This document shows, one piece after another, positions 40,206-47,644 of a stretch of DNA of 64,000 nucleotides. Made by a program: the position numbers and the translations under genes. Source of the stretch: an uncultured Desulfospira sp. (lineage in GTDB: Bacteria > Desulfobacterota > Desulfobacteria > Desulfobacterales > Desulfobacteraceae); assembly GCA_963663165.1 (NCBI GenBank), contig OY760175.1, forward strand, positions 5,984,001 through 6,048,000. The letters run 5' to 3'. Each line of letters begins with the position of its first letter. The stretch's first letter is position 1. The notes below the pieces were generated by a model. That model saw nothing but the letters and a program-made list of their open reading frames with translations, was not told the origin of the DNA and did no database searches.

Positions 40206-40730
40206 TTAATAATTCTGGTCGGCATATTCCACCCAGCCGCCGGCCTGGACCAGGGCTTTGTCAAATTCGGAAATGCCAAAGGCAAGGGAAAATTCTTTGT
40301 CTGATGTTTTGACCGTTATGGTTGAGGTTTTAAGATCAACCTCAAGCTCAGCCTTGCCGTTGCCGCAGGCATCAAAAAGGGTCTGGATGTCTTTGCCGTC
40401 AAGCTCAATGGCCAGCATGCCGCAATTGAACATGTTCTGCCGGAAAATCCGGGCAAAGTTCTGGGCGATCACCACGTTAATGTCGTTGGCTTCCAGGGCC
40501 CAGGGGGCATGTTCCCTTGAAGACCCGCAGCCAAAGTTTTTCCGGGTCAAAATGATGGATGCGTTCTTAATATCGGTTTGCTGGTCAAATCCCTCAAGCT
40601 CAAGGTCTTCCAGCAGGTGGGGCCCCATGGCCTGTTTTTCCACTGCGGTCAGGTATTTGGCCGGGATGATTTCGTCGGTATTGATATCGGACCGGTCCAG
40701 GCACAGAACGTTTCCGCTAAATTTTTTCAT
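40206..40730 (-). CDS. leuD: 3-isopropylmalate dehydratase small subunit
   Basis: DINTDEIIPA, NFGCGSSREHA and FARIF motifs. Confidence 0.9.
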   Translation of the reverse strand: MKKFSGNVLCLDRSDINTDEIIPAKYLTAVEKQAMGPHLLEDLELEGFDQQTDIKNASIILTRKNFGCGSSREHAPWALEANDINVVIAQNFARIFRQNMFNCGMLAIELDGKDIQTLFDACGNGKAELEVDLKTSTITVKTSDKEFSLAFGISEFDKALVQAGGWVEYADQNY

Positions 40731-40778
40731 AAATAATCTCCTATCCTTTGCTAGCAGCTAAAGGCTGACAGCTAATCG

Positions 40779-42065
40779 CTAAGCCCCAAACAGCTCTGAA
40801 TTCGTAATCTCCCCATGGATGGCCGTGGCGGCTGCCGTGGCCGGGCTCATGAGATGGACCATGCCGCCCTTGCCCATGCGGCCGTTAAAGTTCCGGTTGG
40901 TGGTGGCGGCGGCGACTTCCCCCGGGGCCAGGACCCCGTTGCTCATGCCAAGGCACGCCCCGCAGGTGGGATTGGTCACACAGACCCCGGCATCCATGAA
41001 AATTTTAATTAGGCCTTCTTCCAGGGCGTTGGCATAAATATCCGGGGTGGCCGGAGAAACAATGGCCCTGACATTTTCATGAACCCTCTTTCCCTCTAAG
41101 ACCCGGGCGGCAATCCGCAAATCCTCAATGCGGCCGTTGGTGCAGGAGCCGATATAGACCTGGTCAACCCTGGTGCCCTTCATTTGCGCCACGGGTTTAA
41201 CATTGTCGGGTTTGTAGCCGAAGGTGGTCAGGGGGGGCAGGTGGGTAACGTCAATGTCAATGGATTGGGCATAGGGGGCATCCGGATCGGAACAGAAGGT
41301 TGAGTATGCTTCCAGGGCAGCTTCAGGGGTTTTGAATTCATCCTTGATAAAAGGCCACAGGTAATTCACCGTGGTCATGTCCGGCAGACAGATCCCTGAG
41401 GTGGCACCGGCTTCCACGGCCATGTTGGCCAGGGTCATCCGCTGTTCCATGGACAGGTTGTCTACCACCGGGCCGGTAAATTCCATGACCATGTTGGTGG
41501 CCCCGTTCACGGAAATCTGCCGGATCACCTCCAGGATAACGTCTTTGGCATAGACCCCGTCGGCCAGGGTGCCGGTAATGTTGACCTTGAAGGTATCCGG
41601 CTGTTTAAACGCGCAGACCCCTTTTAAGATGCCCACCTCAAGGTCCGTGGTGCCCACGCCGGCGGCAAAGGCGCCAAATGCCCCGTGGGTGCAGGTGTGG
41701 GAATCGCCCATGATAACGGTGAACCCGGGCCGTACAAACCCTTTTTCCGGGAAAATGGCGTGGCAGACCCCGTTTCTGCCAATATCAAAAAAGTCCTTTA
41801 TGGCGTGCCGCCGGGCCCATTCCCTTAAAATCTGCCCCTGCATGGCGGTCTTGGTATCCTTGGCCGGGGTGACATGGTCGATGACCACCTTGATTTTATC
41901 TGGGTCAAACACCCGGTCCTTGTTCCGGGCCGTAAGATCCTGAATGGCCGTGGGCGTGGTGATCTCATGGCAGAATACCCGGTCCAGGCTCAGTACACTC
42001 ACATCCCCAAAGGGCTGGTCCACCAGATGGGTTTCAAAAATTTTTTGCGCAATGGTTTTTCCCAT
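40779..42065 (-). CDS. leuC: 3-isopropylmalate dehydratase large subunit
   Basis: GDSHTCTHGAFG, IGSCTNGR, CGACLG and TNRNF motifs. Confidence 0.9.
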   Translation of the reverse strand: MGKTIAQKIFETHLVDQPFGDVSVLSLDRVFCHEITTPTAIQDLTARNKDRVFDPDKIKVVIDHVTPAKDTKTAMQGQILREWARRHAIKDFFDIGRNGVCHAIFPEKGFVRPGFTVIMGDSHTCTHGAFGAFAAGVGTTDLEVGILKGVCAFKQPDTFKVNITGTLADGVYAKDVILEVIRQISVNGATNMVMEFTGPVVDNLSMEQRMTLANMAVEAGATSGICLPDMTTVNYLWPFIKDEFKTPEAALEAYSTFCSDPDAPYAQSIDIDVTHLPPLTTFGYKPDNVKPVAQMKGTRVDQVYIGSCTNGRIEDLRIAARVLEGKRVHENVRAIVSPATPDIYANALEEGLIKIFMDAGVCVTNPTCGACLGMSNGVLAPGEVAAATTNRNFNGRMGKGGMVHLMSPATAAATAIHGEITNSELFGA

Positions 42066-42129
42066 AAATTTAAATTCCTTTCTTTGTTGTGCTGGCCCGG
42101 TTCAACCACTTAGTGCTTGAACGAATCCC

Positions 42130-42257
42130 GGTGTTTGGACGAAAAGTTGCCCATATGCAAGGCGCAGAAAAATTTGCAACCGGAGCAACCATAAGGGTTG
42201 TGAGGATTGCAAATTTTTCTGCAACGCAGCAGATGGGTGACTTTTCGTTCAAACACC
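42130..42257. repeat. Long imperfect palindrome (MITE/REP-like element)
   Basis: GGTGTTTGGACGAAAAGT...GCAGAAAAATTTGCAA / TTGCAAATTTTTCTGC...ACTTTTCGTTCAAACACC. Confidence 0.85.
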
Positions 42258-42838
42258 TAATTTTTCTCTCCGAAGTAATCCTCCCCGTCCGCCGGCGTCA
42301 CCACCCAGTAAGCCTGAAACGAGGCGTTTGAAGTGTTCTTGATCACATGGGGAATCTGGGAAAAAAAAGAGACCGAGTCCCCTTCATGAATTTCAAATTC
42401 CTCTTCCCCGTAAACGAGAAGGGCCGACCCCTTTACCACGATCCCCAGTTCCCTTCCCAAATGGCCGTTTTTGGCATCCCCCCGTTCCTGGCCCGGTTCA
42501 AGGACCATGAAAAATGCATTAAACGAGTGGTTTCCCCTGGCCTGGCTGTCACCACAGAGGGTTTCATACTTGAACCCCTTTCGCTGGTATTTTTTTCTTT
42601 GGTCTTTTTTGATGATTTCAACCTTGGAATGGGTTTCATAATCCCTGAAAAATTTATTGGGGGACACCCCGTAAACTTCAAGGAGCTGGAGCAGGGTATC
42701 CAGGGAAGGGGAAATCCGGTTCCGTTCGATCTGGGACAGCAGGCTGGAGCTGACCCCGGCCTTGGTGGCCACCTCTTTGATGGTTAAATGTCTTGAGTTG
42801 CGGGTAGCCCGTAACAGGGCCCCGAGTTTTGTCTTCAT
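42257..42838 (-). CDS. XRE-family regulator with cupin domain
   Basis: N-terminal HTH (LTIKEVATKAGVSSSLLSQIERN); cupin H.GRE...GDSVSF....PH. Confidence 0.9.
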   Translation of the reverse strand: MKTKLGALLRATRNSRHLTIKEVATKAGVSSSLLSQIERNRISPSLDTLLQLLEVYGVSPNKFFRDYETHSKVEIIKKDQRKKYQRKGFKYETLCGDSQARGNHSFNAFFMVLEPGQERGDAKNGHLGRELGIVVKGSALLVYGEEEFEIHEGDSVSFFSQIPHVIKNTSNASFQAYWVVTPADGEDYFGEKN

Positions 42839-42853
42839 AGTCGATCCATAAAG

Positions 42854-42892
42854 ATTTAAGTATATTTAATTTTTATTTAAGAATACTTAAAT
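42854..42892. promoter_or_regulatory. Tandem palindromic operator-like sites upstream of the XRE regulator
   Basis: ATTTAAGtataTTTAAT and ATTTAAGaataCTTAAAT. Confidence 0.5.
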
Positions 42893-43061
42893 TATTTGGA
42901 TTGTCAATCCTTTTATTCAGCGGCGGTTATCCTGTGATACGTCGGTTTGAAAATTGTTTTTTGGGAGTTCGGATGATATATAGGGATACGCTGCAAATGA
43001 ATGGCTTTTTGTTCGAACACGATATTAGAATTTTTATCCCGGCTTTGCCTGGGGCTTGCTA

Positions 43062-43290
43062 TATAACGGCCACGGGCCGCTTTGGTTATCCAACCAAGAG
43101 CCGCCCACAACAAATATTGAAAGTCTTCTCAGGACGTTAGGGAGCCTTTCTTATAACGGATACGGGCCGCCTTGGTTATCCAACCAGGAACCGCCCACAA
43201 CGAATAATGAAACTGAAAATACCAGCAACGGTAGACTATAAATTGGGCACCGCAGGTGCTTCGCCCTCTTGTCTCCAGTTTCTTATAAAA
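43062..43290 (+). repeat. Modular intergenic hairpin repeat, locus 3 (A-B-A-C)
   Basis: Units start TATAAC at 43062 and 43152; module C is nearly identical to the reverse complement of 18617-18713. Confidence 0.92.
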
Positions 43291-43306
43291 CCGGTAATAC
43301 GTTGAC

Positions 43307-45496
43307 ATGCAGTTTTTGAAATTTTCCTTTAACAGGCTGGGACACCGTTCTTTGCTGAAATCCTTATTATGGGTGGTCCCCCTGCTGCTGTCCCTTTTTG
43401 CGGGGGCAGGCATGCGGTTATGGGAGGTCCCTGAATGGGACCGGCCCGGGTTGACCGCCGCCGGCGAAATCCTTCTTTCCAAACATGACGGCTATGGCTG
43501 GCTGGCCGGGGCCAAGCAGATCAATCAGCACAGTTCGGCCCCGTTTGCCATTTTCATCCGGGGGCTGCATGAGGCCACCGGGATCCCCCTTGACCGGATT
43601 GCTTTCTGGCTTCCGGCGGTGGCGGCACCCCTGGCCGCGGTCCCCGCCTTTGTGCTGGCACTCTGGTGGGGTATTCCTGAAGCCGGTTTGGTGGCCGGTA
43701 TCATGGCCGGCTCGTCCATAGGGTATTTTATCCGCACCCGTGTCACCTGTCTTGATACCGATCTGATTACCCTGCTGTTTCCCTTGTGCCTGGCTGCGGG
43801 GTTGATGATGTGGATTGAATCTGTGGCGCCGCCGCCCCGAGGCCGGGGGAATGCCCCCACATCCGGGGCCATTTTGTTTCAGGCCTTTTTGCTTGGGCTT
43901 CTGTTTCGCTGTTATCTTGCCTTTTACCCCAGTGGCGAACCCGTGGGGCTTTGCATCATTGCAACGGCCCTGGTGACCGGCATGGTTCTTTCCCCCCCCC
44001 CATTTCGCCTGCAGATGGCCTGGGGCATTCTGATGGTCTGCCTTGTGGGCGGCGGATCTTTGACGGCCACCGGTCTTGGGGCCGGGGTGGTGGCTCTCAG
44101 CCTGCTGCGGCCCGGCCTGTTTGCTCGGAAGGATGCCGCTTTGCTGCTGCTTTTGGGGCTGCTGGCCGCCTTGTGGTGGCTTTCTGATCTGGGGACAGCT
44201 GCTTCTGATCTTTGGTTTCATCTGAGCCGTTACGGCCGCATGGCGGACCACGGGGGGACGGCCGGGCTGCCTTCTGTTATCGACACCGTTCCCGAGGCCT
44301 GGCCGGTGAGCCTTGACGGGGCTGTTTTTTTTATGGCCGGCAATTGGCCGATTTTTATTGCCGGTCTGGTGGGGCTGGCCATTGTTTTGTGGAAGCATCC
44401 TGCCGCCTTGATGCTGCTGCCGCTGCTGGCCCTGGGATTTGGAAGCGTTAAGCTGGGCATCCGGTTCACCATGTACGGCGGCGGGGTGCTCGGGATCGGG
44501 CTTGCCTGCGGGACGGCCCTGTGGCTGCGTGGAATTCGTGCGCCGTTTTGGGTATCCATGGCCGCCCAGCTGATACTGCTTATGGCGGTTTGCCATCCCC
44601 TTGTCAAAACGGTTGACGCCGTGGATCCTGAGCCGGTTATCTCAAAGCCCCTGGCCAGTGCTTTGCTGGAATTAAAGCAGGCCTCGGCCCCGGATGCCCA
44701 GGTATGGATTTGGTGGGATAAGGGATACGCGGCCCAGTATTATGCCGAACGGATGACCCTGGCCGACGGCTACCGCAACTCGGCCGAAGCCATTTTTCCC
44801 CTGGCCTATGTCCACACGGCGGATACGCCTTTGAGTGCCTATCAGATGATGGCACGGTGCGCTTTGCTTCAGCAGGCCGAAGGGCCGGAGGAAGCGCAGG
44901 GATCACGGTATCCCATATACCCCAATCCCTTTGTGGATCTGATACCGGGCAAGCCGCCGGAATTCATGCACCGTTTTCTTAATGGGCTCAAACAGCCAAA
45001 GGCCGCCTGGTCCCACGACCTGCCCGATCAGTACCTGGTGCTGACCTGGGAAAATCTTAAAAAGGCTCATACCATTCTGTCTTACGGCACCTGGGACTTT
45101 ATAAATGGAAGGTCCGGCCCGGGGAATTTTACGGTGGTCCGGGAACGGGGCCTGTTTGATATGCAGCATGGCACAATGAAACTTAAAACCAGAACCTACC
45201 CCTTAAGATCCCGGACCATCATTGCCGGCAGCGGGAAAAAACGGTTTACCTGGCCCCAGAAGGACGGCCGGCATGCGGTTTCCATAAAAGGCGGCGATGT
45301 TACGTTCCTGATGGATGATGGGGCCTGGCAGACCATGATGGTGCAAATGCTTTTGGACACCCCCAAAGATTTTTTACCCTATTTTGACCTGGTCATTGAC
45401 CAGTTTCCCCTGGTTCGAATCTACCGGGTCAATCCCATTTTAACCCGCCTTCCCCCGGGCACTGTTCTTCCGGAAAGGACCCGTTATGACAGGTAG
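43307..45496 (+). CDS. STT3/PglB family oligosaccharyltransferase
   Basis: Multi-TM; HDGY, RT....DTD, TVPE, GIRFTMY, WWDKGY and TLADG correspond to PglB catalytic motifs. Confidence 0.88.
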   Translation: MQFLKFSFNRLGHRSLLKSLLWVVPLLLSLFAGAGMRLWEVPEWDRPGLTAAGEILLSKHDGYGWLAGAKQINQHSSAPFAIFIRGLHEATGIPLDRIAFWLPAVAAPLAAVPAFVLALWWGIPEAGLVAGIMAGSSIGYFIRTRVTCLDTDLITLLFPLCLAAGLMMWIESVAPPPRGRGNAPTSGAILFQAFLLGLLFRCYLAFYPSGEPVGLCIIATALVTGMVLSPPPFRLQMAWGILMVCLVGGGSLTATGLGAGVVALSLLRPGLFARKDAALLLLLGLLAALWWLSDLGTAASDLWFHLSRYGRMADHGGTAGLPSVIDTVPEAWPVSLDGAVFFMAGNWPIFIAGLVGLAIVLWKHPAALMLLPLLALGFGSVKLGIRFTMYGGGVLGIGLACGTALWLRGIRAPFWVSMAAQLILLMAVCHPLVKTVDAVDPEPVISKPLASALLELKQASAPDAQVWIWWDKGYAAQYYAERMTLADGYRNSAEAIFPLAYVHTADTPLSAYQMMARCALLQQAEGPEEAQGSRYPIYPNPFVDLIPGKPPEFMHRFLNGLKQPKAAWSHDLPDQYLVLTWENLKKAHTILSYGTWDFINGRSGPGNFTVVRERGLFDMQHGTMKLKTRTYPLRSRTIIAGSGKKRFTWPQKDGRHAVSIKGGDVTFLMDDGAWQTMMVQMLLDTPKDFLPYFDLVIDQFPLVRIYRVNPILTRLPPGTVLPERTRYDR

Positions 45497-46637
45497 ACAA
45501 CCCATTCGCCTGGTGTTGACCGGAGGGGAGACCGGCGGTCATCTTTATCCGGCCCTGGCCGTTTCCGAGGCACTGGCCAGGCTGGTTCCCGGGTCTGAAT
45601 CCATTTATGTGGGCGCCCCGGGCCGCGTGGATATGGAAAAAAATATCGGGGCCCAAATCACCACCCATTCCCTTTGCATCTCCCCTTATGACCGGAAAAA
45701 TCTGTTTAAAAATTTTGTCCTTCCCTGGCAGCTTTTAAACAGTTTTGTTAACGCTTTGGGGATCCTGCGGTCATACCGCCCCCATGCCGTAATGGGGGTG
45801 GGGGCGTTTCCCAGTGTGCCGGTGATCCTGGCCGCACGGATGGCCAACATCCCCACACTCCTGCTTGAACCCAATGCCCAACCGGGCATGGCAAACCGGC
45901 TGCTGGCAAAAACGGTACACCGGATCTGTGTCTCAAAAGAAGGGATGGGAGATTTTTTTCCTGAAAATAAGGTGGTAATCACCGGTACTCCGGTAAGAAG
46001 CCGGTTGTTGGCGGATGGGGTGAACCGGCAGCAGGGACACGCATTGTTCGGTATCCGTCAAGGCCGCCGGACCGTGCTGGCCATTGGCGGCAGCACCGGG
46101 TCTGCCGCTATTAACACCATGATTCTGGAAAACCTGGACCTTTTTGCCGGCCGTGTCGGCCATTTGATCTGGCTGACCGGGGAAAGGGATGAACCGCGTA
46201 TTCGCAGCCTTCTGGGCAGCCGCATGCCAGAAAACGTTACCCTGCTGCCCTACATTGACCGGATGGGCCTGGCCTATGCCGCAGCCGACCTGGTGGTCTC
46301 GTCTGCCGGGGCGGTCAGCCTTTCGGAACTTTCACTGCTGGGCAAGCCGGCCGTGATTATCCCGGACCCCACGGTCACGGAAAATCACCAGCGGAACAAT
46401 GCACGGGATCTTTACGACGAAAATGCCTGTGTTCTGGTCGGGGCAGACAGCCCTTCCCGGAACGCAGGGCTGATTATTGAACTGCTGAACAATCCCCCCA
46501 AGCTTGAACGGTTGAAAATCAATATTTTAAAGCATGCCCAGCCCCGGGCCGCCCACTTGATTGTTGAGCAGATTTTACAGCTTGCAGACTTTAAAAAGAC
46601 TCAAATGTCAGGCGGCCCTGGCTCTGGTACTCCGTAA
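45486..46637 (+). CDS. MurG-like (GT28) glycosyltransferase paralog
   Basis: GGETGGHLYPALA, EPNA.PGMANR, GTPVR, GGSTGS and HQRNNA; no dcw cluster context. Confidence 0.85.
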   Translation: MTGRQPIRLVLTGGETGGHLYPALAVSEALARLVPGSESIYVGAPGRVDMEKNIGAQITTHSLCISPYDRKNLFKNFVLPWQLLNSFVNALGILRSYRPHAVMGVGAFPSVPVILAARMANIPTLLLEPNAQPGMANRLLAKTVHRICVSKEGMGDFFPENKVVITGTPVRSRLLADGVNRQQGHALFGIRQGRRTVLAIGGSTGSAAINTMILENLDLFAGRVGHLIWLTGERDEPRIRSLLGSRMPENVTLLPYIDRMGLAYAAADLVVSSAGAVSLSELSLLGKPAVIIPDPTVTENHQRNNARDLYDENACVLVGADSPSRNAGLIIELLNNPPKLERLKINILKHAQPRAAHLIVEQILQLADFKKTQMSGGPGSGTP

Positions 46638-47217
46638 TCAGGGTTTTAAAATCCGGTATATGGTTATCTTCAATTTCAATGTCATGGTCAACCATATCCG
46701 AATACCGTGTGTCCGTGATCAGGGGATCAAAACGGGAAATCTGGTTTAAAAAGATGTCATTAAAGTCATAGGCCAGCTGAATTTTAAACGGCTGCCGGTT
46801 CACCAGCCGGACCAGTTTATCCTGATTGATGGCCGTTTCAACCGCCTGGGAATAGGCTTCGATCAGGCCCCGGACCCCAAGTTTGACCCCGCCGAAGTGG
46901 CGGGTGACTACCACGGCCACCCGGGTCATGTCATGGGCGGCTAAGGTATTGAGCATGGGCTTTCCGGCCGTGCCTGAAGGCTCCCCGGCATCCGAGCTGT
47001 GGCTGATCTGTCCTTGATCCCCCACAATATAGGCCCAGCAGTTGTGGGTGGCGGTTTTGTTTTCCTTTGATATCTTTGAGATAAAGGCCTTGGCCGATTC
47101 AATGGAAGCGGCATGGGCCATGGTGCAGATAAAGACAGAGCGCCGGATTTTGATTTCAAAGCGCCGGACCGGATCTGAATCCACCCGGCCCACGGAATAG
47201 TAGTATTTTTTTTCCAT
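46591..47217 (-). CDS. YigZ/IMPACT family protein
   Basis: ATHNCWAY, SDAGEPSGTAGKP and RHFGGVKLG..GLIEAY motifs. Confidence 0.92.
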   Translation of the reverse strand: MEKKYYYSVGRVDSDPVRRFEIKIRRSVFICTMAHAASIESAKAFISKISKENKTATHNCWAYIVGDQGQISHSSDAGEPSGTAGKPMLNTLAAHDMTRVAVVVTRHFGGVKLGVRGLIEAYSQAVETAINQDKLVRLVNRQPFKIQLAYDFNDIFLNQISRFDPLITDTRYSDMVDHDIEIEDNHIPDFKTLITEYQSQGRLTFESF

Positions 47218-47318
47218 CCCCGCCAATCTACTCTTCGAGGGGGGGGAATGTCAACCGGAGACCGGAGGAAGGGAGACGGGAGACCGAATACGGCAAGTTC
47301 CCTGGTTTGAGCGGTAGG

Positions 47319-47346
47319 GTAGGGGCGATTCATGAATCGCCCCTAC
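47319..47346. repeat. GTAG-type REP-like perfect palindrome
   Basis: GTAGGGGCGATTCATGAATCGCCCCTAC (28 bp). Confidence 0.8.
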
Positions 47347-47425
47347 TTAAAAGCCATTTGATTCCAGGTGCCAACCATGTTATTTTGCGCAAAAAATGAT
47401 GAAAGAAAATATTTAAAGCATATCC

Positions 47426-47644
47426 ATGGAAAAACACGCTGAGTTTGTTTTAGAAGCAAAGACCGCAAAAAACTGCTGGGAGCATATTCACAAAATATAC
47501 CCGGCCGAAGGGTTTAAATCCTGTTACCCTACCCGGGAGGATGCCCATGAGGCCAAATCAAATTTAAAACAGCTGCTGCACGGCCGGTGGAAGGGGAAGG
47601 TGAGCAAGTATCCCATCCGGATTCGTGAAATCAAATTGGGTTAG
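47426..47644 (+). CDS. Small hypothetical protein
   Basis: 72 aa ORF filling an intergenic gap; no recognised motif. Confidence 0.5.
   Translation: MEKHAEFVLEAKTAKNCWEHIHKIYPAEGFKSCYPTREDAHEAKSNLKQLLHGRWKGKVSKYPIRIREIKLG

Noticed and set aside
43062..43151. Repeat units as integron attC sites (TAAC...GTTAG)
   Set aside because: No complementary L''/L' boxes next to the putative R boxes, no cassette ORFs between units, and no IntI
45486..46637. Assigning the symbol murG
   Set aside because: No dcw context and several altered motifs; orthology cannot be established without a search
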